Source: Girardia tigrina (taxonomy: Eukaryota). Taken from it: a stretch of DNA of 64,000 nucleotides. Of this stretch, positions 40,741 to 53,857 are shown piece after piece (position 1 is the stretch's first letter; every line of letters starts with the position of its first letter). The notes beneath the pieces are model-generated. The model was given only the letters and a program-made list of their open reading frames with translations. It had not been told where the DNA came from and did not search any database. The stretch covers positions 26,121-90,120 of the forward strand of contig MQRK01217891.1 in assembly GCA_001938485.1 (NCBI GenBank), given 5' to 3'. Both the position numbers and the translations under genes were made by a program.

Positions 40741-42134
40741 TAATTCAATTTTTATTGACAACGGAAATTAGTTTTTATTGGATCAATTAATGAAATAATT
40801 TTAATTATTTATACATCACCATTTATTGCAAAATTTCAGGTTCTGCTAAATTTCCAGTATTGTTATTAAAGAAGTAATCGGGTTTCAGACAAATAAACTC
40901 ATTAACAATGATTTGGTTACTATTAATATCCATTAATTTTTTATCAGCTTGCAATAATGTAGTAATAATAATGTTGTAATAAAGTAGGGGATAAAATGAT
41001 TGAACGATTTCAGGTTAATTTTATGGGCGTTGTATACTTTCCAACCAAACTCTGATCTTTTTTGTATACCTTTTTTAAATATGAGGTATTTTGTCATAAT
41101 AAGAGATAATCTCAGTCTTACAATATCTTGTTTCTTGTTCTTGTAGTGACATATCTCTTTAGGATATCGGCGCCCATTGTCTTCACCAACAAACGATTTC
41201 TTGTATTTTTAACTGATTGCACAATGGAAGCGTTAACACGAGGAATAAATTTTTCAAATATGTTAGTCGCTGTCTACTGCAATCTCTACTGATAACAATC
41301 TTTCCAGTGGTCAAAATATTTTCTAATCCTTTTCTCATGTTGTGGTCAAAGAGTTTCAATGGCCTTTATCTGATGGCCATGATTAATTTTCCTTTTTTAT
41401 AGCAAGAGCGAGTCAATACATCTTTATTAGAAATATGACTGGTCAAACTATTCTTCATCCTTCTTCATAAGATCAGCATCTCAATTGCATTAATTCTCTT
41501 CTCCATTACTTGTGAAATCTTCCAAAATTTTGAGTCATATGAAAGAACAGCATCAGCGTAACATTCTATTAGTGTTAGTTTTGTATTTGCTTTGTTTAGT
41601 TTATTCAATTATTGATAAAAATATCAGTCTAAATTCCTAGAGAATCTCAACGTTTATTATAACTTTATATTCCTTCAAATAGAGTATTTGTATCGTCCAG
41701 GTTTAGATTTTGCAATCGCAAGTTCTGCCGACTAAGTCATATATTTCTTTGGTTCGAATTCTAAAACATGATCAATTTGGAAAACAATATTCTCTATCCT
41801 CGAATCACTCAAGTAATACTTCCATTGTACAAAAAACCAAAAGTAACAATCTCCCAAATATTTAGTCATCTACATAATGGAAATGTTAAAATGTATAATT
41901 TTTAATAGTGTTAGTCAACTGGTTAGTTTCAGAAGAAGTACATTAATTTCAAACAAATTAATGCAGTATAGGTACAAAAATATTTTAATTAAAATTTAGA
42001 AAGGTGGTTCACACAGGGTTTAATCTACAGATACACATTCTATTCTGCGTTTATTTTTTCCACACTTGGTTAATATTCAGAATATGAAAGTATGCAGAGT
42101 ATTTTCAATATTTATTTTTCGGGAACATCTAATG

Positions 42135-42927
42135 CAGTGGTTCCCACATTTTTTAGTGTTGTGACCCACTATTAATGACCCCAGCTTTTTGCGACCCACA
42201 TAACTTTACTGTGTAAAAACATTAATGAAGGAAATAAATTTATTTTAAATTACATTTTAATTGAGGCCCATGAGAAGGATGGACCTGTTTCTTGCATCGT
42301 TCCATAATGGACTTCACATCAACTTCAATGTGCGATAATTTCAGACGTAAAGAATTTGAGAGTTGCAGCTTATTCCGATATTTACTTTTTATTGAAACAA
42401 TTGCCTAAAATCCAGCCTCACAGTTATAAGATGATGCGAAAGGGAGAAGTACTTTTAATGCTTCGGTAGAAATAATTGGGTATTAGGTTTGAAGTGACAC
42501 CCAGAACTGTACCAATTTTCTGGTGTTGCAATTCATTTCGAAGGACGAGTCTTCTGATAAATCAATAAGTTCTTTGTCAGCTTTTCTTGATATCCCAGTA
42601 ACCATAGCAACCTGGAAGGGGTTCATAATGCATCTTTTCTGCTGCAAAGTATTCGTCTCTTCATGAAAATAGAATTCAGAACTGTCTTTTAGCTTATTCA
42701 AGTGTTCAGATATCTCGATGATTATACCATCATCAACTTTTGCTTAATTTATTACAAACGTTTGTAATTTTTAAAAACAATTATAATTTCAGTTTTCAAT
42801 ACATATTTTCCACAGAACAAGTTTTTTAAATTAAAATTATTATCACTTTTTTGTAATTTTTCGCGACCCACTATGATTCCTCTCGAAACCCACCGTTGGG
42901 TCGCGACCCATAGTTTGGGAATCGCTG
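42135..42927 (-). mobile_element. Internally deleted hAT (Charlie/Buster) element
   Basis: TIRs CAGTGGTTCCCA / TGGGAATCGCTG, nTCTAnnn target; dimerisation-domain relic LKVLLPFASSYNCEAGF...IKSKYRNKL...HPSH. Confidence 0.85.
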
Positions 42928-43567
42928 GTCTAAAATATTCGTTATTATAGCGCTTAAGAGTCTTTATGGAATAAATATAACCTGTTTTATTCAAAAATTT
43001 ATTATTTTCTAGTTTGCTCTTACTACAAAAAGCTCAAAAAAAGGAAGGAATAGAAGAGTCCGAGTACAATCTTCCATAAAAACTCTCATTTCTTCAGTAC
43101 ACTTAACTTTCATAGCACCTCTTTTATTGTTTGCATTCGAACATCGCGTATTCATCAGTGAATAAACAGTTGATCTAGTTCTCTCTTGCAATTCAGGTGC
43201 TTGTAACATCTTTAAAGTTATATAATTATTATTATTAATTATTATTTAATTAATTATTATTATAGTATAAATAGAGTTATAATTTAATCTTCTCCTTTTT
43301 TCATCATTCTTGATTATTAAATTTGTACAAAATATTAGTAATTTATCAAAATTATCGATTTTTTAACGCCATTTTTAAAATTTATTTGTGTTATTAATTT
43401 AATTGCATATGATCTTCATATTAAAATTAGCTTTAAACTCATCGATTTTGAAAAATATCATTTCAAATACTATGAATTTATTTCTAAATCGTATAAAATT
43501 CGGTATATGTTGAGAAATAAATCTTCGACCCCTTTCTGTTTATGTTCCGATTTCGTTTATAAATATA

Positions 43568-44888
43568 TTGGTTCGTACCAGAAACAGTGAGAATGATCTT
43601 ATATTTCTATGTTTGTGATCTGTAAAGGCGGAAATTACTTGCACAGTATATAGTTACATATGAAGAGTAAAAATATGTAATAGATAAAAAATATTGACAA
43701 AAAATATTTATTGAATACTTGTTTGAATATCGGTTGATTTATTTGTCTGTATGAGGGCGGAAAATCGAAAAAATCTTCGCTTCTATACCTTCTCCCGTTA
43801 TTCACTCGGCATAACGGGAAGTGAAATTTATCAGGAAATTATCTCTGTTCATGGTGCTGACAGTGTTGGAAAATCTACAGTGTATCGGTGGATAACTGAA
43901 TTTGACAATGGCAAGACTTCTTTTGCTTGGGAAAANNNNNNNNNNNNNNNNNNNNNNNNNNNNNNNNNNNNNNNNNNNNNNNNNNNNNNNNNNNNNNNNN
44001 NNNNNNNNNNNNNNNNNNNNNNNNNNNNNNNNNNNNNNNNNNNNNNNNNNNNNNNNNNNNNNNNNNNTATTGTGAGTGACCATTTGGGCTTTCGGTCTGT
44101 TGCCTGTAAGTGGGTTCCTCATGCATTGTCAAATGATCAAAAGGTTAATCGTGTCACTGCTGCAAAGGAATGGTTGAAAATTTTGAAAAGCAAACATAAA
44201 CATGAACATATTGTGATGGTGGATGAGAAGTGGTTTTACATGAGAACTGTTGGCAAGAAAAGAAGCAACCGTTGCTGGGTCTCACGTGATGGTGATCACA
44301 GTGAACCCATTCATGTCGTGAAGCGTAGCCAGTTTGACAGAAAAATCATGTCTGTCATCGCAGTGTCCTTCACTGGAAAATATCATTGCGAACTGCTGCA
44401 GGAGAGAGAAAGCATGAATAGCGAGCGTTATGTCACTTTTCTTGTTAATATGGAGAAGAAGTTTAGTCGTCATGTGTTTCCACTCAACTGGAGAAACATG
44501 ATTTTCGTGCAAGACAACACGAGGCCTCATGTTTCCAAAGTGACGTCCATGTTTCTCGCAAACAAGAATGCTACCTTGCTCCGTCAATCACCATATTCCC
44601 CTGATTATAACATCTTAAATCGCTTTATTCACTCTTACTTGAAAGATCAGCGACACAAAACCAATTTTCAATCTACAGATGAATTACATCAATTCATTAC
44701 ATTAGAACTGAAAAATATTTCTGCTGATCGATGGTTATCTGAGATGGGAGAACTGATACAATGCCTCTATAATGTTATAAAGAAGAATGGTGATTATGAA
44801 TGAATGGTTGTTTTTTTACAATGATATTGAATATTTTTGAAAATGATATTGACATTTCAAAAGTCTCATTCTTTCTGGTATGAACTAA
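43568..44888 (+). mobile_element. mariner transposon with near-intact transposase ORF 43751-44803 (gap inside)
   Basis: TIRs TT.GTTC.TACCAGAAA..TGAGA, TA TSD; WVPHAL, MVDEKW, QDNTRPH, YSPDYN motifs. Confidence 0.92.
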
Positions 44889-45540
44889 TATTTGTATGTC
44901 AAATACATTGGAAAGACTTCCCGTCATTTATGTAACCTAATCAAGGACATAGTCGATTAGATAATAGGAGTAATATTGCTGAAAATAACTTAAATTGTAA
45001 AGAGAATGTAGAGGAAAGTAATTTTAAAATTATGTGCTATCGATTTAAAGGTTATTAGATTTTAAGGAAGTAAGGTTAAGATCAATAGATCCAAAAATTG
45101 ATATTCAAGCTTCACATTCCAATTCTTTATTGAGCATTTTCAAATAGATCCTGATGGCATTATTGATTGACTAATCGTTTCTTCCTTAAAGAAGCTACAG
45201 AATTAATGTTAATTTTAGTCTGAAGATAGCGGACAATCCGCCGAAATTATTAACAAAAATAAATTTTAAAAATCACTCACAGACTTTTGTTTTTTAAAAT
45301 AATTTGTCATTAGTTTTTGATTTGAACCGATACTTTGCGCAATTTTATGTTTGCCAACAAAGATAAAGATTTAATTTAGAATATAAATATTCGAAATAGA
45401 AGTAACAAAATTTAAATTTTAACCTTTTTAAAATATTATTTTTGATTTGACTCTCGTGATTTATTTATTTTTCAATATTTGTGATATCCTCTGATAAATA
45501 ATCGATCGAATATTGAATGTCGGTTGTAACTCAACTTTAG

Positions 45541-46149
45541 ATGGTGAACTCGTTATCGGGAAACATAATCCAAACTCGTTCAATACCGACCAAGATTCCA
45601 CGAGCATCCGAATTGATGGATATTTGCTCGATTCAACAACACCAACAGGATAATAACAGCCTGCCTGGCAACAATCACTCGCAACCGAATGGAGGGGCAA
45701 CCTGGCAGACAGTTCTTCCTCGCGAATGGATCGATATCGTGTCCCGGGATTCTAACGCTCCGATCGACCAGCACACAATCGGTATCCCGTATTCGGACGC
45801 CTACGTTTCTGGAATGCCTCCAAAGCGACGAAAGATCATCCTGAATCAACGCAGTCGATCGATCCAGAGAGCGCCGGAGTTGATGCGGGATTGTATAGAC
45901 CAGGCGATTCAAGCAGCCGGTTTGACCGACTCTGCGGCCGCCGCTGCTGCAGCAGCGGCCCAGTCGATTGATCTCAATAGGTCATTCGGACCTGGACTGA
46001 CAAACTCTTTCCAGGAACTGGTGTCGGATCATGTGCGCAATCGCCTGGTCGAGGAGCAATACAACTTCCCCCAGGAACGCTTCCCATCGACCGAGCAGCA
46101 CTTCAACCGCAAGAAACGCAATGACGATGACAAGAAGAACAATAATTGA
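45541..46149 (+). CDS. BAG6: BAG6 exon 14 (NLS and BAG-similar C-terminus, stop)
   Basis: ctttAG phase 0; WQTVLPREWIDIVSRD, YSDAYVSGMPPKRRK, ERFPSTEQHF; TGA stop. Confidence 0.93.
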   Translation: MVNSLSGNIIQTRSIPTKIPRASELMDICSIQQHQQDNNSLPGNNHSQPNGGATWQTVLPREWIDIVSRDSNAPIDQHTIGIPYSDAYVSGMPPKRRKIILNQRSRSIQRAPELMRDCIDQAIQAAGLTDSAAAAAAAAAQSIDLNRSFGPGLTNSFQELVSDHVRNRLVEEQYNFPQERFPSTEQHFNRKKRNDDDKKNNN

Positions 46150-46855
46150 TTATAATTCGCTCTCTGTCTGTCTGTCTCTCTCTCTCTCACTTTATCTTTC
46201 TCTCTGTCGTTTTATACAAATATAAATATAGATTTCCACAAAAATCGATCGATTGTTTTGAATCATTTTTTTCAAAATGAGTGCGGTTGTGTGTTGCGTG
46301 TAATTGTGTGAGAGTTGTGTGTGTGTGTTGTCGTGTGCTCGCTGTCCGATTTTTGCATATATTACAAAAAAAACATTGTTTTGAAATAATATTTGTCTGT
46401 CATTATTATCTAGTTTTACTATTATATTACTCCATCGATTTTCATTTGATTTTTATTTTTCCAAAAAAAACGATTTTCTTTTGACATTAATTTATTATTA
46501 TTCTTTAAGGTATAGTTCCAAAAAATTCGATTTTGCAGGGGTCATTTTGTCATTGAAAATGACATTTTCTCATTTATTCATGTTTTCATTTGTATATGTA
46601 ATTAATTTTATGAAAAAGATATCGAAATCTCTGTTAAATCTGATCAGTTCACTGTTAAATCTGATAGAAGTGAGTTCGACGAATATGATGATTTTTCAAT
46701 AATAAAATTATTGATTTTTCAAATGTCATGTAATCCTTTATCTTTTTGTTTTTTCATTAAAATTTACAACAGTTGCATTTAGCACTGTTGATCATCTGTC
46801 TTGAAAATGCGATTTCTAAGATATCTCGGTGTCGAAGAAAATATCAGAAGAAAAG

Positions 46856-47346
46856 TATGAGGCATATTTTAAATTTGGTATTTTGAGTTTAGTGTTTCTC
46901 CCACCCAAATGGAAAGTTGATATTTTGTATGTTCGCGATGAATAGTTATTCGAGCATAATTTTCATTTTAAATTGCAGCATAAGATATTTAAAAACTTTA
47001 AAATATTAAATCGTTTTAAATTTTAATATTAAAAATTTAAATAAAGTAAATAAATTTTAAATTAATTAAATAAATGTTTTTCTTTAAATAAAATCATTCT
47101 TAAAATTTAATTAATATGTAGATTAAATTATTACCAAAATTATAAAATTAGAACTTTAAAAATAATGTCTGAAAATCATTTAAAATGAAAATTTGTTCAA
47201 ATAATTGTTTATTAACAAGACATTAACAAAACTTTATAAATTTAACGAGATGTCAAGCTATGAAAGCTTGGCCTCAAATTGTCCAAAAGACAATTTGATT
47301 TGTGATAAAAATAAATTAGTGAAAGCCCAAATTGATATTCTTAATA
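46856..47346 (+). mobile_element. solo LTR (TSD AAAAG)
   Basis: AAAAG on both sides; ends TTCTTAATA; family motif tctcccacccanatggaaa. Confidence 0.78.
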
Positions 47347-49559
47347 AAAAGGAAATAGATTTCCTTCACTAAAATGTTTTTTGAAAAACTAAAAAAGATC
47401 GATTAGTTAACTGAATATCCATTTCTCTATTGAAGTTTTTCAAGATGCCTAATTTCCCACCATAGGCTTATAATGCTTAGCCATATGTTAACCCAATAGA
47501 ACAAACGAAGGTGTAAAGATTAATTTTTGAAGTTTATTTTTTTCGGAGATAGGAGGTCGGAATGATATAAAGCAAACTGGTCGTTTGGAAAATGTTATTA
47601 GGAATTATATTAATAAATTTAATGTTATCAAATTGTCTTAAATTCGTTCCTCATTTTCAATTCTAAGAGTACATAATTTAAAAAAAAAGATGAAAGGAAA
47701 GATTATAGGAATAATAATATCAGACTAATCCATTTTTTTGAACAGTTGCGCTCATTGACTTTGTATAATATTGAAAGAAATTTGCTTAAATAAACCGGTA
47801 CATGAAGTAATATTTAAAATTATTAGTAATAATTATTGATTTCTGGAACAATGAGAACAGAAAAAATAACACGGAAAAGAGGTTGTTAAAAGAGACCCTA
47901 TGTTCAGTAGTCTTTTTCTACTTGGTATCATTTTTCCGTTATATTTTTTTCAATGTTCGTAATTTGTCTCTTTTTTCTATTGTCTATATTTTGAGCAATC
48001 TCATTTTTTTGGTGATGGTAATAACTCCTATACATTTTACCTTTTAATATTCTATGCTTTACGTTTGTTGTTGCCTGTAAATACAGCTCAGATGACTGAA
48101 TACTATTTTTTACTATTACCCGAAAGCAATTTAAATCAAACTTTAAAATATTGAAATTAAAATTGAAAATTTGAAAATATTGAAAATTTAAAATATTTTA
48201 TGTCCTAGCTCGATAAATTTGTTCTGCATCTGATACACATCATATATTTTGTCATCATTCAACCACATGAATTTTCAAACGATGCCAATGGACTGTAGAG
48301 TCCTTGAATGTAGTTTGAATTGGCAAATATTTGCTGATTTAGAGTCATCGACATCTTCAAGCTGTAAAACATCTATAGTATCTGTTAGACCAATCGTGTC
48401 ACGTGCATTGAATTTATCCATTTATGTAGCAAAACTATAGTCAACAGATAATTGCAATTGAGCAATTTATAATGGGGTCATTGGTCATTGTTTTATATAT
48501 AAATTTATTCAATAAACCGAATCATTCAATAATTTAATATCAACGAACTCAAAGATTTACAAGTGAGATCATTAAGAAAAAAATGAAACTAAAGTCTCGC
48601 TATCTACATGTCCAATAAAGCCCAATCCAGACACTCAAATGACATCAACCTGATAATTTGTGAACTTCACATGGAGAAGTAATAAAAATGAAAAATACAT
48701 TTTTTCCAGTTAATTAATTTTCTAAAATCTCATTGGTTAATTGTTTGAACGCAATAATCGGTGTTTTCCATATTTTCGTCACTTATGGTGTTAATGTAAA
48801 AAGTAGTGTGGCGCTTCGATTTTCCTTGAATAATCAAATGATTTAAATTTTACAAATTGTTGTAGATTCCTAACCAAATTGGATAAAATTCTTAGCTGTA
48901 TGGTTAAGGTCGACCAAGGAGTGACTACCAGTTAGGGTATAATCAACTGAACGTTCTCTGAATAAATATAATTAAACGATTGTACAGTTTAGGGATGACG
49001 AAAAATTTAAATTTTTATGAATAAACTAACATAAAATGAGCTGATATCGTTGTAAATAAATTCTTAACTTGATGTTAGGTAGTTTAAATAATAAGGTAAC
49101 CTGTGAACACCGAGCTAGCCTATCTGACCATAAGTTTGTTATTAAATTCTTGAACCAGAAGGCTCTCATAATCATGCACTGCTTGCAGATGTAGAGAATT
49201 TAAACGAATTTATAATAGTATTAGGAGACTGTGAAATTGTTGAGGTAATAATATAGATGATAGAATCGTCAACATTGATGATTGGGGACTCAAAGGCAAC
49301 AGCGTTAGTAGTGACATTCCTGAAATGTTGAGTTTTCCTTTTAAATATGATATTTTAGTTTGTTGAAAGTTCCCAACATACACCAAACCGAATACTTCCT
49401 TATTATTCGTTGTAAATCAAGTACATTACGTCTCAATATTCTTCACCAACCAAACGTATTTAAAAAATATTAATTCAAATTTCAACAAATGTAAAAATAT
49501 TAATTCGCTTTATTTATTCAAAAATTAAAATTTATCCAGTTATTTTAACTTTTATAATG

Positions 49560-49724
49560 ATATTAAATCATATGAATTTAAATATTATATGTTAATTTAA
49601 ATCAAATTAGTTTCAGATTATAAAAGACATAATATTAATCAACCATCTGGGTGGGAGAGATACAATTCCAAATCTCAAACAACATTCAAACACAAAACAT
49701 CAAACGTTTCAAACATTCATCACC
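49560..49724 (-). mobile_element. Partial solo LTR of the same family
   Basis: ccatctgggtgggaga...aaacattcatcac; the other end is not resolved. Confidence 0.5.
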
Positions 49725-51015
49725 CTACCAACTCTACATCACTCATCTCTAAGAAGCTATGAACTCATCTCGTTTCTCATCCATTTCTATCAGTTTACAC
49801 AGAGAAAAAATACTGCATCTAATTAAAACTTTGTGCTTAAGACTCAACAAAATGTAGGGGACGACCTCAAATATGGGGCTGATGTCATTCGAGTGTCTAT
49901 ATTGAACATGTATGAACTTGTTTTCTACTGAAAAAAACTTTGTTAGGTATTCTTCACATAAAATAAATACCCAAGTTCCATTCTTGACTTTTTTAAACAC
50001 GTGTTTTCTAAAATGTGATGTTCATTTTGAATAATTATATTTTTTTTATTTTACATGTATTCGATTTTACGAACGTAAACTAAAATATCACAGTAAGTTG
50101 CTAATTTAGTTTATTAGGTTCCATCCTTGAATATATGAAAAATTTAGAGAAGACTTGAATTTTATGTTAGGTTTAAATTAGTTACTAGGACAGTTATTTC
50201 TTAAGTAATATTGAAATGATGATGAAATTTTACCTATTTGCCCAAAATAATCAAATATTTTTATTTTTAAAAATTAATATGTCTAAAAACTCTTTTTAGT
50301 ATTTTATTTAGCACTAGATTTACGATGGTTGATTATATACCTATTTTTACTGAAGTGAGCCAATTTGACTCATTCAAAAAGCCGTAGAAATATGTAAAAC
50401 ACATTCAAATATGCGAAATAAGGGAGTTTGAAGAATGGAGTAACCTATATTTCATTACGTAACTAAAAACCATTATATGTATTTAAAAAATAATATTTCA
50501 GTTATATATATATAGCAATATAATATTAAATAAGTCAAATTTGCTCAGTCTGTAAGTCTAGTGTTAATAAAATATCAAAATTCTCTTATATTTTCTTTTA
50601 AAGGTAAAATAATTACTTAATACCAAAACAAAAGAACAGAAAACAGGATGTATATCGTAGAACAAAACAGAAGAGTTAATAATTATTACATGAATATAAC
50701 ATTTATATTTCAAAATCTCGAAAGTATTACAACAGCAGACAAAAGTCTAATCCCAATATAATAATGTACTGTTTTTTGCCTTTTTAATTAGAGGCTTAGT
50801 AAATTTAATATAATAATTGATTCAATTATTCATCGATCCGTGTACGTAATGGGTTTTGATATAGTTGGTAATTTAAAATGAATTTTATCGATAAAAATAA
50901 TTTTACATTTCCATAGTTAGTAACTGGGACCCGATAAAAACATTATTGTTATATCATTAATAATTTTGAATTTAATTATTCCAATCTCAATAAATACAAA
51001 AGAAACTAATTATTT

Positions 51016-51159
51016 ATGGAAATAATTTACGATGATTATACGGCTTTCGTACAACCGGACGACTCGACGCCGATCAAGCACGAAGTTCCCGTGCTGTCGA
51101 AAACCGCCAGTAAAAGAACTGTCGCCAAATATCTGAAGAGAAAATGTACAATCTCTAAA
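51016..51159 (+). CDS. NOL4-like gene, putative exon 1
   Basis: ATG-initiated open frame MEIIYDDYTAFVQPDD...KRKCTISK, donor GTAAAA, 57-nt intron; the true start is uncertain. Confidence 0.65.
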
Positions 51160-51216
51160 GTAAAACTAATTTTATTTTGCTGACATCGTTTTATTTTTTA
51201 AATTATTAACAAATAG

Positions 51217-51423
51217 TTGATTGCCAGAGACCAAATTGACAACATCAAACCAGAACCGAAAGAAGTGTGTGAAAATAATTACTCGAAAGTGAACTTAGAA
51301 ATTCCGAAAATTCCGAATTATCAAATATCGTACTACAATGAGACTTATAATAATCACGATATAACTCCGTTAATCTTTCAACCGAATTTCATCGCTAACT
51401 CTAATCTCATTCAAGATAGCAAG
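51217..51423 (+). CDS. NOL4-like gene exon 2
   Basis: aaatAG phase 0, LIARDQID...LIQDSK, donor GTTCTT, 50-nt intron. Confidence 0.72.
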
Positions 51424-51473
51424 GTTCTTGACTTTCGCTTTTGTGTTTCTATTTTCAATCAACTTTTTCTTAG

Positions 51474-51674
51474 GAAAATAATAATTCGATTTCTGAAATG
51501 CTAAAATGTGTTTTAGAAAGCAACAAAGGTTTTATCGATGTTATGGAAAAGACAAATGAGTTCCCTAATTCTTGGTTAGCAAATGGAATCCCATTTGATT
51601 ATTGTCAGGCTGCGCTCACGGGTGCCGGTTTGTCGGCTTCTATCGACAAACAAGAACGAGAAATCGCTTATAAT
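51474..51674 (+). CDS. NOL4-like gene exon 3
   Basis: tcttAG phase 0, ENNNSISEMLK...DKQEREIAYN (cf. NOL4 ERLKAFN), donor GTAAAA. Confidence 0.78.
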
Positions 51675-52162
51675 GTAAAAAGGAGAACTATTATATATAT
51701 TTATTTATATATTTCTATCTATTATATTAAAAAAATATAAAATTCAATAAAATCAGTAATTCATAATTTGTAATCGCCATTTGTAATTATGATAATAAAT
51801 ATTTTATATAAGTAATTATTATAATATTTAAATAGAAAAAAAATTGAATTCTGAAAACTAGCAATATGTAATTAGGATAATTAAAAAACAATCCTCTTAA
51901 GTTAACCATTTGACTTCATATGGTACTTAAGGGCATTGGTGGGATTCAAATAATTTAAGAACCGGCTGAATTTCATCACTGATATAATATAATGTAGAAT
52001 AGACTGTATTTAAATAAAGTGGATCGTCATAAAGTAACCCATAGATGATGTAAACACTACACAACTATATCATTTAATAATTGGTGCAATAAAAATCTAA
52101 ATTACCCCCATTTACGTAACAAATAACAATAATATCAGATCAGACCTTTTCGTTACATTTTA

Positions 52163-52513
52163 TCTTATAAAAGCCCAAGTCACTCACTGCCTGCCTGCCT
52201 GCTTCACTAACGCTGACGTAATAATTGTTGACGTAATAATAGTATTATTTGTTGAAAAATAAATGTGGAAAAATATCAATTTATTATGAAAAATTCTGTA
52301 TTTAATATGAAAACATCAATTTATTATGAAAAATTCTGTATTTAATGTGGAAAAATATGAATTTATTATGAAAAATTCTGTTATTATTTCAAAAATTTAC
52401 CTTACAGCATTAGTGAGGCAGTGAGGCAGGCAGTGAGTGACTTGGGCTTTTATAATGTAAAAAAAATTGAACCCCCGGCAAGAGAGGGCCGCGAAGCGGG
52501 CCGAGCGCGCTAG
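52163..52513 (+). mobile_element. Non-autonomous Helitron with an internal inverted copy of its 5' end
   Basis: A|TC 5' end, GC-rich hairpin GGCCGCGAAGCGGGCC, then CTAG|T 3' end; ~41-bp tandem repeat x3 inside. Confidence 0.75.
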
Positions 52514-53221
52514 TTACTAATAAGAGTTGAGTTAATTAATTAATAAAAAAATGCATATTTTTTGTTTACAATAAGTTATGTTTTGTCGGTTATTTTTAAA
52601 TTTTAACTTGTTAGTAACCGGTTCGCCGAACTCAAAAAAATTTAAGAACCGATTGAATCTCACCACTGCTTAATCTTCCGTTGGCCTCCCACCAAGCAAA
52701 AGAAATTTTCAAAAATTTTCTTGTATTTTCTTGTGTTTTTCAAATGATTTATCAGTATTTTTCGATTAAAGAAATTTTTGAAAAATAAATAATAAAATGA
52801 TGTTCAAATTCAAGAACAAGTGCTATGATCTAAGTAATACTATCTTAGTCCCTAGTAATTCGATGTTGTGAAACGACACACGCGAACAAAATGATTTGGG
52901 CAGATAAATTTAATCAATAAAAGAAAAATATATTTTTCCCGGAAATTTCATGTTTTCGATAACTTTTAAAAGCATTTTAAGTGGTAATTATTATGAATTT
53001 GCAAATTATTTTTGAAAATTTAAAAAATGGCAAATGTTGTCATAATAAGTGTCAATAAATCGTGTATCGTATCCGTCTCTTGAGACAACGCATCGGATTA
53101 CTTGTGGATTAGATAGAATTTACTCAATCGGTGCAACAAGTATTACTCTGATCAAAACACTGTCTTTCTCATTTAAAAAATATTTAATAGAAAAATTTCA
53201 AATTTTTTGGAAAAAACGTGA

Positions 53222-53560
53222 TATAATCTCGACTTAACTCAGTTTATTTTTCAACCAAATATCATCATTAACTCTTATCTGATTCAAGATAGCAAGGTTC
53301 TTAAATTTCACTACTTGTTCAATGAGTTTTATTTATTTATTAATATATTGCTACTTATTATATTCAAAAAATATAAAATTCAATAAAATAATAATCAATA
53401 ATAATAAATTTTAATCGCCATTTGTAATTATGAAAATAAATATTTTATATAAGTTAATTGAGAAAGTAATAATAATAACATTTTAATAACATAAAACCTA
53501 TTAAATTCTGAAAATTAATGATTTGTAATTATAAACTTAAGGCAATCCTCCATAACCGTT
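53222..53560 (+). pseudogene. Degenerate partial duplicate of NOL4-like exon 2 and intron 3 start
   Basis: NLDLTQFIFQPNIIINSYLIQDSK|gttctt versus exon-2 NHDITPLIFQPNFIANSNLIQDSK|gttctt; then similarity to 51720-51900. Confidence 0.75.
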
Positions 53561-53646
53561 TGGTACACAGTTGTACTTGATAAATGTCCTAGATCCATGT
53601 AAATAGCAATTCTTAGAAAACATAATACTCACGGCAGTGCATTTAA

Positions 53647-53857
53647 CCCATTAATGCCGAGAATTGTGTAATATGAATTTTCCATAATTTTCATAATTTT
53701 TCATAATACCTGGTGACAGAAACAAAACATGTTCCGTATGTATTCTGAACCTTCAGAGTACACACCTTATCAACGAAACATAGCTAAATGCAATGTCTTT
53801 ACTTTTACAGTCATTTTTATTAGCTGGGCACGAATGTTCCCGTTCGGCGTTAATGGG
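53647..53857. mobile_element. piggyBac-type MITE
   Basis: TTAA TSD, TIRs CCCATTAATGCCGA / TCGGCGTTAATGGG. Confidence 0.85.

Larger units (their letters stand above)
12750..46149 (+). other. BAG6: BAG6 (BAT3/Scythe, large proline-rich protein) gene span, 14 coding exons, ~1156 aa
   Basis: All 13 introns are GT-AG with consistent phases; the summed CDS is 3471 nt. N-terminal UBL (MKVIVKTLDGKNHDF...RQRLLFQGRVLQDD...VMHLVTRPPP), central helical region, DPYVRCQSRHF motif, and C-terminal WQTVLPREWIDIVSRD...YSDAYVSGMPPKRRK...ERFPS match BAG6 motifs. An extra exon hidden in the 19751-20679 gap cannot be excluded, but the gap lies inside a mariner. Confidence 0.92.

Noticed and set aside
41100-41760. 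Possible hAT-like transposase debris (also ~36900-37400 and ~43000-43210)
   Set aside because: Too degenerate to assign motifs or termini reliably
52262-52381. Regular ~41-bp repeats resembling a CRISPR array
   Set aside because: Contiguous tandem units without unique spacers, eukaryotic context, no cas genes
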